56,659 nt of DNA, taken from the IMG/VR virus record IMGVR_UViG_3300027648_000002, positions 1 to 56,659 of that record, one strand, 5' to 3'. The number at the start of each line of letters is the position of its first letter. The first letter of the stretch is position 1. The stretch comes from a virus. The position numbers and the translations under genes were made by a program. Below, piece by piece: positions 39,484 to 47,913 of the stretch. The notes beneath the pieces were generated by a model. That model was given only the letters and a program-made list of their open reading frames with translations. It did no database searches and was not told where the DNA came from.

Positions 39484-39673
39484 GCGGTGCCTCGCGTTCG
39501 GTCAAGCAGGCGGAACAGATCTCCATGCCGCCGCCCATGTCCTCCCATTCGTGGCCCACCCAGTCGCAAAGACCCTCATCTGGGGCGTAGCCGTCGTCAT
39601 CTTCGGGACCGCCTGGGCCAGCGGGCGTACCGAAGAATCCCCTGTCGTGTCTCGCGCCAGGATCGATGCTCAC
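39476..39673 (-). CDS. Small zinc-finger-like protein, paralog of 36253..36435
   Basis: CDWVGHEWEDMGGGMEICSACLTERE. Confidence 0.5.
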   Translation of the reverse strand: MSIDPGARHDRGFFGTPAGPGGPEDDDGYAPDEGLCDWVGHEWEDMGGGMEICSACLTEREAPRE

Positions 39674-39682
39674 GCCGCACGC

Positions 39683-39964
39683 TCACTCATCGGAGTCGGC
39701 TTTCAGACGGCCGCAATCCTTGAGCAACGCGTCAATATCTCTCCACAGTTGCTCAGGCAGCTTCCACTCGTGACGCCAGCAGCGCTGCAATAGCTCAAGC
39801 ACCGGCTCCTTCTCGATGACTGGCACCACCTCGTCGCAGAAGACCACGTCGTCCGCGACGGCCTTTTTGTCGCCCGTTGGCGGCTCGACCTTGCTCGCTA
39901 TGCACCACGCCTCATCCCCTACAAGCCGGACCAGCGTCCATGTCCGGGGTGTGCCCTCAGCCAT
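39683..39964 (-). CDS. Hypothetical protein
   Basis: Internal ATG (MAEGTPRTW) with a GGAGGTGG RBS. The upstream part of the ORF is junk. Confidence 0.5.
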   Translation of the reverse strand: MAEGTPRTWTLVRLVGDEAWCIASKVEPPTGDKKAVADDVVFCDEVVPVIEKEPVLELLQRCWRHEWKLPEQLWRDIDALLKDCGRLKADSDE

Positions 39965-40313
39965 CTTCCACCTCCGAGAACACGGCAGCGAGGGCGAGCC
40001 GGGCCTGCTTACGCGCCGTTGAGCGCTGCCGTTCGAGGGCTTTGCGGTCGCCTCGTTGAAATTTGCGGTAGCTCGCCATGATCGCCTCCGTCGCGGCCTC
40101 GACGTCGGCTGCGGTCGCACGGTCCTCACGCAGCCGGGCGATCTCGCCGCGCAGCGATTCGTAGGTGTCGATGCGGGCGAGCGAGAACTTCGGGCAGTCG
40201 CATTTGTCGCAGCGGCCTTGGCCTTGCGTCTCGAGGTGGGCATGAGCGTCGCCAGGGTAATGCCAGTAGGCGCTATGCCCGCAGGTGCAGAGAATCGCGG
40301 CGAGGCCGGTCAT
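39957..40313 (-). CDS. Cys/His-rich hypothetical protein; its C-half is paralogous to 40870..41184
   Basis: CTCGHSAYWH...CDKCDCP, then LREDRATAADVEAATEAI...AAVFSEVEDG. Confidence 0.55.
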   Translation of the reverse strand: MTGLAAILCTCGHSAYWHYPGDAHAHLETQGQGRCDKCDCPKFSLARIDTYESLRGEIARLREDRATAADVEAATEAIMASYRKFQRGDRKALERQRSTARKQARLALAAVFSEVEDG

Positions 40314-40873
40314 GCGAGCCTCTCGTACGCCAGCAGCTCATCAAGTCGCGCCTCGGCCTCAGCGCGGGTGATCTCGCGTCCCTCGTACTTCGCTGCGTAG
40401 TGTCCAGCTGCGTAGACCTTGAACCAGTCGGAGTGCTCGAATGGATAGAGCTGCTCCATGTTGACCTTCCCTTGAATCTCAAGATGGCATCGCTGGCAAA
40501 GGGCCACGAGCTGATGCCAGCGGCAGTCGAACTTGCGCGTCGGGCCGCCGAGGTGGTGGACGGTGAGGATGCGCCACTGGGCCTCGCGCGTCCAGAGACC
40601 GTGGACGAAGACATGCACGTGCCAGTTGGGTTGCCCGTTCGCGATTGACGCGACCAGCGCGCCGTCCTCGTTGCGGACGCGCATCGGTCCTTCATGCTTG
40701 CACCGCTTGTCGCACGCTGACCACTCGCCGTCGCCGGACGCGTACGGATGCAGGCAGCGAACGCAGCGATCACCGGCGAGCACTCGGGCTTCGTGCTTGA
40801 TCCGCTTGTGCCACTCGGGCGGGTAGCCGTCGGGGCCAAGCTCGTCCGGCTCGTAGACGCGAAAGACGCTCAC
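40310..40873 (-). CDS. HNH nuclease
   Basis: CVRC...RILTVHHLGG...WHQLVALCQRCHLEIQ. GTG start in a GTGA overlap. Confidence 0.7.
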   Translation of the reverse strand: MSVFRVYEPDELGPDGYPPEWHKRIKHEARVLAGDRCVRCLHPYASGDGEWSACDKRCKHEGPMRVRNEDGALVASIANGQPNWHVHVFVHGLWTREAQWRILTVHHLGGPTRKFDCRWHQLVALCQRCHLEIQGKVNMEQLYPFEHSDWFKVYAAGHYAAKYEGREITRAEAEARLDELLAYERLA

Positions 40874-41184
40874 GCCTCCACCTCTGAGAACACGGCACCG
40901 AGGGCGGCACGGGCTAGGTCTTCCCAATGCTCCCGATGGCCCTCGACATTGGGCCACTGTTCGCCCCCGAGTCGCCCGTGGATGGCCTTGGCTGCGGCCT
41001 CGATGTCGGCTGCGATCGCCCGGTCCTCGCGCAGCCCCTTGGCCTGATCCAGTGCTCGCCAGTAGGCACTGATCTCGATGTATTCAACCATCTCGCCGCG
41101 CCGCGGCACCTCACCGTAGACGGGGTTCAGCACGTTTGGGACGCCGAAGTTCGCGGTCCCCTCTAGCGTGATGCGCCGACTCAT
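40870..41184 (-). CDS. Hypothetical protein, paralogous C-half to 39957..40313
   Basis: LREDRAIAADIEAAAKAI...GAVFSEVEA. ATGA overlap at the start. Confidence 0.5.
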   Translation of the reverse strand: MSRRITLEGTANFGVPNVLNPVYGEVPRRGEMVEYIEISAYWRALDQAKGLREDRAIAADIEAAAKAIHGRLGGEQWPNVEGHREHWEDLARAALGAVFSEVEA

Positions 41185-41597
41185 ACTCGCTCCCCGTAGA
41201 CGCGCGTCAGCCACCACTCAAGCCCATTCTCAGCCGCCCACAGCTCTGTCTCTACCGGGATCGCCTCACGGGGTATCCGCAGCGTCTTGGCTTGGTCGAG
41301 CTGGCCGTGGTGGGCGTGGCAGGCCCAGCGACAGACGGCGCTGCTCCACACCACTCGCTCGTCGCGGCTGACCTCCTTGCGGATCACCTGCGCGCGGATC
41401 AGGTGCGCGAGTTCGAGCCGGCCTGCGCACGGCGCCTGCGAGAACTGCGCGAGAAAGCAGGTCGGAGTCTCTCCCGGCAGGAACCCGTAGGTGTAGAGCG
41501 CCGGTCGCTCGCGGTCGCGTCGGCCCTTGGGTTGGCGCTCGGGCTTCGGGATCGGCCTGACGCCGGCCTTCGCCGTGTGGGAAGGTGCGATGCTCAC
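41181..41597 (-). CDS. Cys/His-rich protein, possibly a nuclease (family not resolved)
   Basis: IPKPERQPKGRRD...PCAGRLELAHLI...CRWACHAHH. Confidence 0.45.
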   Translation of the reverse strand: MSIAPSHTAKAGVRPIPKPERQPKGRRDRERPALYTYGFLPGETPTCFLAQFSQAPCAGRLELAHLIRAQVIRKEVSRDERVVWSSAVCRWACHAHHGQLDQAKTLRIPREAIPVETELWAAENGLEWWLTRVYGERV

Positions 41598-41613
41598 GCT
41601 GTCGCCTTCGCCA

Positions 41614-42306
41614 TCAGGTATTCCCCGGCGAGCCGTCCGAGCTGCACTTGAACTCCATCGCCGAGAGCGGACAGTCGGGATCGCTCCACCCGGCGGGCGC
41701 GCCGATCATCCACTCGACGAACGAGGGGCTCAGGCGCCAGTCCCTGAACCTGCTCCCAGCGTCGGATTGCGGGCTCGTACTCGCCCCACGGGAACGCAGC
41801 AGCCGGTCCAGCCCCGGCCGGATCGCCGCTCCCTCGCTCGGGCTCTTGTTGTAGCCGCCCTCCGTCGCCGCCGGCGTCGGCAGTAGCGACATCACCTCGG
41901 CGCGCAGCTCCCCCCAGTTGCCCTCGCGCGGCAGGCCCTGCTTCGATCCCTGGCGCGCCGCTCGGCCACGCTTGTTCTCGATGAGGACGAATCGGGGTCG
42001 AAGCTCGCCAACGGCCCGGGCCATCTCTCGCCAGAGCCGGGTCTCTGGGTGTGCGAGGCCCGTGCGCTTGCCCGCAGTGCTCGCGCCCTTGCAGGGGAAG
42101 CCGCCGGCGATGAGTTCGACTCGGGGAACAGAGTCAGCTCCGACGGCTCGCACATCTCCGACGATGGGCACTCCGGGCCATCGGATGCCGAGCAGTTCTC
42201 GCCGCCACTGGTCGACCTCGCACAGCCAGGAGTGCTTCCATCCTGCGAGCGTGAGCCCGTAGGCGAGCAGCCCGCATCCGTCGAAGAGTCCTCCGACCGT
42301 GGGCAT
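41614..42306 (-). CDS. DNA (cytosine-5) methyltransferase, compact form
   Basis: GLFDGCGLL (motif I), GGFPCKGAS (motif IV), LIENKRG (motif VI-like), LLPTPAA, FVEWMIGAPAGW. Only 230 aa, so the TRD/IX-X region is short or absent. Confidence 0.7.
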   Translation of the reverse strand: MPTVGGLFDGCGLLAYGLTLAGWKHSWLCEVDQWRRELLGIRWPGVPIVGDVRAVGADSVPRVELIAGGFPCKGASTAGKRTGLAHPETRLWREMARAVGELRPRFVLIENKRGRAARQGSKQGLPREGNWGELRAEVMSLLPTPAATEGGYNKSPSEGAAIRPGLDRLLRSRGASTSPQSDAGSRFRDWRLSPSFVEWMIGAPAGWSDPDCPLSAMEFKCSSDGSPGNT

Positions 42307-42307
42307 C

Positions 42308-42391
42308 TCACCAGACGTCCTTCCCCGGTTGGCGCTCGGGCTTGGGCACCGGCAGGACGCCGCTCTTGGCCGTGGAGGATGCGATGGTCAT
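42308..42391 (-). pseudogene. 27-codon orphan ORF duplicating the N-terminus of 41181..41597
   Basis: MTIASSTAKSGVLPVPKPERQPGKDVW versus MSIAPSHTAKAGVRPIPKPERQPKGRRD. ATGA overlap upstream, and its stop is 2 nt from the methyltransferase ATG. Confidence 0.35.
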
Positions 42392-42591
42392 GAGATCAGC
42401 TTCGCCTTGTTCAGCTCGCGGATGATGTTGCAGCACTTGCCCACGACGCGTATGCGTTCGGCTTGGCTAACAGGCTGTGCTGGTGAAGTGGGCAGACCGT
42501 CCGGGCCTTGCAGCGTCGCCACGATCAGCCTCGCTTCCGCGTGTAGCTGCTCTCTCAGCGAGGGGCTGCTCCCTGCCGCCGCTGCGGTCAT
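42388..42591 (-). CDS. Hypothetical protein
   Basis: Start at MTAAAAGSS in an ATGA overlap. Confidence 0.45.
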   Translation of the reverse strand: MTAAAAGSSPSLREQLHAEARLIVATLQGPDGLPTSPAQPVSQAERIRVVGKCCNIIRELNKAKLIS

Positions 42592-42812
42592 TGGAGGCTC
42601 TCCCACTCGTTCGCAGCGGCGTTCAGTGCGGCTGCGATCTCACGCGCCTCCGAGGACGTGATGTCATATGGGTCGCCGTCCAGATGCAAGGACAAGCCGT
42701 TCGTCGCTCCTCCCGCGCCACGGTCGCCGAAGTCGATCTGCACACAGAACGCGCGGTCGATCCTCACGACCGACGCGTCGGCCTTGGCGGCTGCGGAGTC
42801 AGTCGGAGTCAT
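42588..42812 (-). CDS. Hypothetical protein
   Basis: ATG at 42812 with GGAGG 6 nt upstream. Confidence 0.45.
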   Translation of the reverse strand: MTPTDSAAAKADASVVRIDRAFCVQIDFGDRGAGGATNGLSLHLDGDPYDITSSEAREIAAALNAAANEWESLQ

Positions 42813-42987
42813 CGCCATCCTCCACGACATGCCCCTCGGCGTCGAACTCCATGCCGAGCCGCTCGCCTATCGAACGCATCGCCTCACCGCGAATCTCACG
42901 GATGCGGTCCTCGTCGCCGTGCGCCAGAGCTTCGTTCCAGTCCGCCGCCCGTTCCGTCAGCGATCGATAGCGAGGCGCGTCGGTCAC
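42799..42987 (-). CDS. Hypothetical acidic protein
   Basis: GTG at 42987. The upstream ORF part is R-rich junk. Confidence 0.4.
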   Translation of the reverse strand: MTDAPRYRSLTERAADWNEALAHGDEDRIREIRGEAMRSIGERLGMEFDAEGHVVEDGDDSD

Positions 42988-43033
42988 GCGCCCAGCTCCG
43001 TGGCGTTGGCTTCGTGGGAGGGGGAGCCCGGCA

Positions 43034-43267
43034 TCACCAATCGCAATCCTCGACGACCTGGCAGTTCTCCCAGTCAAGGTCAGCCACATGCGCGTCGCCG
43101 AAGGTTTCGCGTATCAGTCGTTCCGCGAACTGCTGCGGAGTCTCGTCGTCATGGTAGGCGTGATCGAAATGGAAGCCACGTTTTCTCGGCGGCTGATCGC
43201 ACTCTACCCAGTGCCCACAACAGCCCGTGTCGCACCCGTACCCGCCATGCTGGACGATGATCTTCAT
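43034..43267 (-). CDS. Cys-rich hypothetical protein
   Basis: MKIIVQHGGYGCDTGCCGHW..., with a strong AGGAGG RBS. Confidence 0.55.
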   Translation of the reverse strand: MKIIVQHGGYGCDTGCCGHWVECDQPPRKRGFHFDHAYHDDETPQQFAERLIRETFGDAHVADLDWENCQVVEDCDW

Positions 43268-43314
43268 AGCAGCCTCCTGTGGGCTTCGTGGGAAGGGGAG
43301 ACGGTCACGCGGGT

Positions 43315-43530
43315 TCACTCGTCGCGGAAGCCGTTGACTATGTAGTTGACGAGGATGCGGTAGGGGTTGCCTGGCATCGGCACCCAGGACCAGAAGAGCA
43401 GGAAGCAAACCTCATCGAAGCCGATCCACCGCGCAGGCGACATTGCGAGCAGCGCGAACAGCAGAAAGAGCACAGTAAGGGTGGCGTGGACGCCTGCCAT
43501 CCATACCGCTTGCCGCTCCCTTTTGTTCAT
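43315..43530 (-). CDS. Small membrane protein (2 TM)
   Basis: MNKRERQAVWMAGVHATLTVLFLLFALLAM...VCFLLFWSWV. Confidence 0.5.
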   Translation of the reverse strand: MNKRERQAVWMAGVHATLTVLFLLFALLAMSPARWIGFDEVCFLLFWSWVPMPGNPYRILVNYIVNGFRDE

Positions 43531-43651
43531 CGGCCGGCGCTTGCGCTTGCGGGCTCTGACGCGCGGCAGCGCTACGGAATCGGCGCTCACCAGCTCAGCC
43601 CCACCCAAAAGAGACCAGCGAGGACAGCGAAAGCGAGCATTGCGAGAGGGG

Positions 43652-43858
43652 TCACGCGAAGCCCTCGCTGATCCTGGCGAACTGCTCAGTGATGTGCTTG
43701 AGGCGCAGGGCCTCGCAGCGTTTGCACCACAGGAGCGCGGCGTTGGCGTCGGCTGGGTTCGAGCAGCCTGGGCCGTCCTTACGGCGATTGTCGAACTCCC
43801 CGAAGCCGATGCAGCGGGGCAATAGCCCATGGCCGGCCTTTGTCGGCTGGTCGCTCAC
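43652..43858 (-). CDS. Small Cys-containing protein
   Basis: 68 aa with CIGFG...CSNP...CKRCE. Confidence 0.5.
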   Translation of the reverse strand: MSDQPTKAGHGLLPRCIGFGEFDNRRKDGPGCSNPADANAALLWCKRCEALRLKHITEQFARISEGFA

Positions 43859-44181
43859 GCCCGCGCCTGCCTCTCGGCTCGGTCGAGGAATGCGGCCGCG
43901 TCATCTTCGAGTGCGGCCCTCAGGTCATCGCGTGTCTGCCGCCATGCAGGTGCGCGAGTGGCCAGGGCGCGCTCGCAGTAGTCCCGGTTCATGCCGGGCT
44001 GCGCATCTCCGTCTTCGGTCGCCCATAGTGCCCACTCGAGGCCCTCGGTCGCCACAGCGAAGCGACGGCCGGCCTCCGCGATGCGTAGCCCGGTGGCGCG
44101 CATGTGCTCGAACTCGTCTGCAACTTGCGCGCGCTCACCCTTCGTCAGCGGCACGTTCGCCAACTCCTCCTCCGCGCTCAC
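43855..44181 (-). CDS. Hypothetical protein
   Basis: GTG at 44181 in a GTGA overlap. Confidence 0.5.
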   Translation of the reverse strand: MSAEEELANVPLTKGERAQVADEFEHMRATGLRIAEAGRRFAVATEGLEWALWATEDGDAQPGMNRDYCERALATRAPAWRQTRDDLRAALEDDAAAFLDRAERQARA

Positions 44182-44450
44182 GTCCTCACCGCCCGCTCCG
44201 GATCGGCGAACAGGCACTCAGGCGGGGGCGTCGGGATCGTGACGATCGCCCTGCTCGCCCATGCTTTGCGAAACGCGGTCTGCGCCTCTGGGTCGTCGAT
44301 GAGGCAATAGACACCGCGAGCACGGTGGCCGACATATGCCTTGAGCGAGCCGTCGGGGCCGTCCTCAATGCCGACCAGATAGGTCATCTCGCCGGACATC
44401 AGCGATGTAAGTCCTTCGCCTGCAACGTGCCTAACCTCGACGCTCGTCAC
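44178..44450 (-). CDS. Hypothetical protein (C-terminus ...PERAVRT)
   Basis: 90 aa. Confidence 0.55.
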   Translation of the reverse strand: MTSVEVRHVAGEGLTSLMSGEMTYLVGIEDGPDGSLKAYVGHRARGVYCLIDDPEAQTAFRKAWASRAIVTIPTPPPECLFADPERAVRT

Positions 44451-44650
44451 GTCCTCACCGCCCGGTTACGCGACTCGGCTTCGGCCTTCTCGCGGTCGCG
44501 CCTGACGTGCTTGCGCACTTCGTGGTAGCAGCTGAGCGACATGAGCAAACCGAAGACCGCGCTGAAATAGACCAGCAGGACACCCCCGCCCGCCAGCCCG
44601 CACGTCATGCCATGCGCCTTGTAGTGGCACGCGAGGATCGCCGCGCTCAT
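44447..44650 (-). CDS. Small membrane protein (C-terminus ...ESRNRAVRT)
   Basis: TM segment GVLLVYFSAVFGLLMSLSC. Confidence 0.5.
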   Translation of the reverse strand: MSAAILACHYKAHGMTCGLAGGGVLLVYFSAVFGLLMSLSCYHEVRKHVRRDREKAEAESRNRAVRT

Positions 44651-45765
44651 CCTCGCACCGCCCGGTTACGCGACTCGGGGGCGTTCAGCGAACCGCCGAC
44701 GGACGCTCGGGTGATGAGCCCTGCGTCGTCATGCGCTCCTAGAGCCTTACGCGATGTGGGTCGCTGCTCCCCATCGGGCGAGACCGATGTTGGCCGGGCA
44801 GCGCGTGCTTCTGCGCCGGCGGTTCGCTCAACGTCCTCAAGTTCAGTCCTCGCCCGGTCAGCTTTGCGTTGAGCGGCCATCGCCGCGTTGACGTTCTTGC
44901 GCGCGCGAAAGACATGCACCAGCGCCGCGCAGTCCTCGGCTGTCGCTGCGCAGTCCTCGATCTCGACGTTCCCGGCGTCATCGATCGCGACGATCACGAT
45001 CCGGTCCGGTGGCTCGATCGAGCACGGCTCGAACGCCTCGGCGTACAGTCTCGTTTGCCAGTGGGCCTGCTCGAAGATGCGGCCCTTGGCCGAGGTCTTC
45101 CAGTCGACGAGCGTCCGCTGCCCGCGCGACCAGCACAGCAGGTCTGGGCGTCCCGCATAGCCCATCGCCGGGTTGCAGACCGTGAACTCCACGAACCGCG
45201 AGGGGTCGTCCGGGTCGATCGGCTCCGGCCGCAGTTTTAGCCACGCCTTCGCGCAGCCCTGCACCCAGGGGTGCCACGCCTCCGGGTAGTCCGAGAAGCG
45301 CGGCGGCTTGCCCGTCTCGGCGAGCGTCTGGAACGCCTGATGGATCTCCTTGCCACGGTCGGCGGCCTCGTCCCTCACAGCGGTCGCGCCAAGGCCGAGC
45401 GAGCGGATACGCTTCACAACCTGATCGAGCGCTACCCCCTCAAGCTCGCCCGCCAGCATCGCTTCGACCGCGCCGCGCGCCCCGTGATCTTCATGCCAAT
45501 AGTACAGCGCCTCCTTTGAAAGCAGCCCGACGATCGAGGACACCGAGTCCAGTTCCTCACCGTCGAGCAGGTAGCGGCGGCGGGTCGTCTTCGCGGGCTC
45601 GCCGCGCTGCGTCAGCCACGCTCCAGCCGGCAGGTCTTCAAACCGCAGCAACCCGACGCCATCGATCCACCGCTCGAGCACATCGCCATCGACCACCAGC
45701 GTCTGCTCCATCGCGCCGGGAACGAGCGACAGGTCCTCGACGATGGCGAGGTCGCTAGGCGGCAT
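44647..45765 (-). CDS. PD-(D/E)XK (RecB/Cas4-like) exonuclease (C-terminus ...ESRNRAVRG)
   Basis: GYAGRPDLL...TLVDWKTS...HWQTRLYAEA gives the D, D/ExK and QxxxY motifs. Confidence 0.7.
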   Translation of the reverse strand: MPPSDLAIVEDLSLVPGAMEQTLVVDGDVLERWIDGVGLLRFEDLPAGAWLTQRGEPAKTTRRRYLLDGEELDSVSSIVGLLSKEALYYWHEDHGARGAVEAMLAGELEGVALDQVVKRIRSLGLGATAVRDEAADRGKEIHQAFQTLAETGKPPRFSDYPEAWHPWVQGCAKAWLKLRPEPIDPDDPSRFVEFTVCNPAMGYAGRPDLLCWSRGQRTLVDWKTSAKGRIFEQAHWQTRLYAEAFEPCSIEPPDRIVIVAIDDAGNVEIEDCAATAEDCAALVHVFRARKNVNAAMAAQRKADRARTELEDVERTAGAEARAARPTSVSPDGEQRPTSRKALGAHDDAGLITRASVGGSLNAPESRNRAVRG

Positions 45766-46099
45766 TGCTCGCCGCCTTCTTTCGGGCGGCGCGTCGCGCG
45801 TACGATTCGGCCTGCACCTTCGTTTTGCAGCGGCGGCAAATGCGTGTGCCTCTATATGGCTCCCAGTAGGTGTTCTCGGGTGTCATCTCGTGCCCGTGCT
45901 TGCAGTGGGTCTTGCGATGCAGACCTTTATGCTCCGCGGGCGTCAGGAGTTCGAGATGCTCGTCATAGCCCGGAGGGATGCTGCCATGCGCGTCTTCCCA
46001 AGCGGCGCGATGCGCGAGGCGCACACCGCGTTTATGGATGTGCACCTTGCCGTAACCATCCTTACTGAGGCAGCCTGCAAACTCAACGCAGTCGGTCAT
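45755..46099 (-). CDS. HNH_3-type homing-endonuclease-like protein with a shortened core and a C-terminal zinc ribbon
   Basis: KDGYGKV...LAHRAAWE, then THCKHGHEMTPENTY...ICRRC. Parallels 50639..51199 but lacks the HLCxNxxCxNPxHL segment. Confidence 0.6.
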   Translation of the reverse strand: MTDCVEFAGCLSKDGYGKVHIHKRGVRLAHRAAWEDAHGSIPPGYDEHLELLTPAEHKGLHRKTHCKHGHEMTPENTYWEPYRGTRICRRCKTKVQAESYARRAARKKAASNAA

Positions 46100-46563
46100 C
46101 TGGCTGGCTCGAATTCGTCGTCCTCGACGGCCTCAAGCACGCCGCCCTCCCACCGAACGGTCGGCAAGTCCAGGTCAGGATCATGCCCGACGACCACGCC
46201 TCGCGCCCACCGGCGGTGGCCGTCCCCATCGCACACGCTGCGCTTCCGCGACTCCACTCGGGTGCCGACAGCTACACGGCGACGTATCCCCAAGGCTGAG
46301 ACCGGGGGCGTCTCGGAGCACCGCTCGCTCTGGACGGGGGCGCTCACGACTCCGACTCCTGCGCTGCGGCCATGAACACCGACTGCGGCAAGCAGCTCTG
46401 GCAGCGCGTCGAGTGAGTCGGCGAGGAAGTACACGCGAAAAGGTGTGTCCCCGTGCCCGGAACAGGACTCCACAGTGCGGATGCCAGGGACCGCGTTCAT
46501 CGCTTCGCAGAGCAGGCGACACTCAGGATCAAGGTCGGCCGGTGGCTTCCACCCGTCGCTCAT
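46096..46563 (-). CDS. Hypothetical protein
   Basis: Start at MSDGWKPP in an ATGA overlap. Confidence 0.5.
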   Translation of the reverse strand: MSDGWKPPADLDPECRLLCEAMNAVPGIRTVESCSGHGDTPFRVYFLADSLDALPELLAAVGVHGRSAGVGVVSAPVQSERCSETPPVSALGIRRRVAVGTRVESRKRSVCDGDGHRRWARGVVVGHDPDLDLPTVRWEGGVLEAVEDDEFEPAR

Positions 46564-47018
46564 GCCCGCTCCACCTGCTCCATGTACCCAGCCAAAGCCT
46601 CCCGAAACGCCGGGAGAGTGGCCTGGGTCAAAGCCTCGATCGAGTCCACGCCGGCGGCGAGGCACAGCATCGCGAGTGCGTTCTCGTCGAGAAATTCGAT
46701 ATTGGTGGAGAGGTCAACGGCCTGTTTCTGGGTGAGCGGCTTCGTGACTCTCGGTTTGGTGGCCTTCTTCCGTCTCGCTGGGGCAGCTGGCGTTTTCCAC
46801 TGCCACGCGTCCACATGCGATCCGGGTACGGTCCAAACGGAAGATGCTCCGGTTGCCCAGTCTCGTTTCCAAAGCCTAAAGTCCGTCCGGTTCTCGACGG
46901 CCCGCTCGAATTCAGCCCGGTTGACCGCGCCATAGAGGTAGCTCCCCGACGACACCAGCACGCGGATCGCCGCGCGTGGCCCAACCCTTCGCCGCGGGGC
47001 TCTGCCGTTCGTCGTCAC
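46560..47018 (-). CDS. Hypothetical protein
   Basis: 152 aa. Confidence 0.5.
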   Translation of the reverse strand: MTTNGRAPRRRVGPRAAIRVLVSSGSYLYGAVNRAEFERAVENRTDFRLWKRDWATGASSVWTVPGSHVDAWQWKTPAAPARRKKATKPRVTKPLTQKQAVDLSTNIEFLDENALAMLCLAAGVDSIEALTQATLPAFREALAGYMEQVERA

Positions 47019-47635
47019 GAGGTGCTCCGTGCGGCCCTTGCGGCCTTAGCGTCGGATGAGAACGGCATCCGCTCTGCACGCCAGGCTTTGGCTGCGGCGT
47101 CGGCTTCCTCGGGCGTGTCGTAGTTGCCGAGGTGGTGCTTCTTGCCAGCGAGCTGCGCGTGCGCTGCCCACTTCCGCCTGTGCTTGTGCCAGGACACACC
47201 GCGAAACCCAGAGGTGCTGTTCGCGGGAGTACCGACGTTCTGTTTGTTGTCGGCGTCGCCGCGCTCGGCGATACGCAAGTTCTCGCGCCGGTTGTTGAGC
47301 GGATTGCGATCCTCATGCTCGCCCATACGGGGGTCGCCCGGCTCAAGGCGGAGGATCTGGCGGTGTATGGGGATCGTGCACAGCCGCCCGTTGCGACGCT
47401 CGCCTCTGACAACGTAGCCTTTGGTGCTCAGACGCCAGCGCCACTGGTTGAGCCACTCGAAGTCGGCGTCATCGACGAGTGCGTAGGCGCCGACGCTGCC
47501 GTCGGGGGCTCGAAGAGGGATCTCCTTCGTGGTGCAGTCCTCGTCGGGCTCGCCGTAGATGTCAGCGTCTCCCCAACCGTCTCGAAGCACGTCCGTCAGG
47601 CTCGCTGGTCCGTCGTGGTCTTGGAGCGGGGGCAT
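47015..47635 (-). CDS. HNH endonuclease fused to an AP2 DNA-binding domain
   Basis: GEHEDRNPLNNRRENLRIA...NKQN (HNH_3), then SGFRGVSWHKHRRKWAAHAQLAGKKHHLGNYDTPEEA (AP2). Confidence 0.8.
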   Translation of the reverse strand: MPPLQDHDGPASLTDVLRDGWGDADIYGEPDEDCTTKEIPLRAPDGSVGAYALVDDADFEWLNQWRWRLSTKGYVVRGERRNGRLCTIPIHRQILRLEPGDPRMGEHEDRNPLNNRRENLRIAERGDADNKQNVGTPANSTSGFRGVSWHKHRRKWAAHAQLAGKKHHLGNYDTPEEADAAAKAWRAERMPFSSDAKAARAARSTS

Positions 47636-47913
47636 CAGGCGACCTTCGTTTCAAGGAATACGGGACTCGTCTCGTCGATAACCACGAGGCCGTGGTGCAT
47701 GCCGCTAGCCGACGGCCCGCTCTCGGAGACGCCATGCTTTTCCATCGCTGCCCGGATGGCGTCGAGTCCCCAATGCGCGCCGAGCAGGCCGGCTGCGCTC
47801 TGGCGGAAGGTGTGGACGCAAGGCCGCGGCCCGTTGCCGTCGTCGTAGTCCGCAATGACAGCGAGCCGCGAGAGCGCGTCCTCGACGCTGACCTCAACCC
47901 GCTCGTCGCTCAC
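47635..47913 (-). CDS. Hypothetical protein
   Basis: 92 aa, GTG start. Confidence 0.5.
   Translation of the reverse strand: MSDERVEVSVEDALSRLAVIADYDDGNGPRPCVHTFRQSAAGLLGAHWGLDAIRAAMEKHGVSESGPSASGMHHGLVVIDETSPVFLETKVA

Noticed and set aside
38567-39793. 408-aa plus-strand ORF downstream of the recombinase
   Set aside because: It spans an AT-rich intergenic gap and runs antisense to three coupled minus-strand genes, with S/R/A/P-rich composition.
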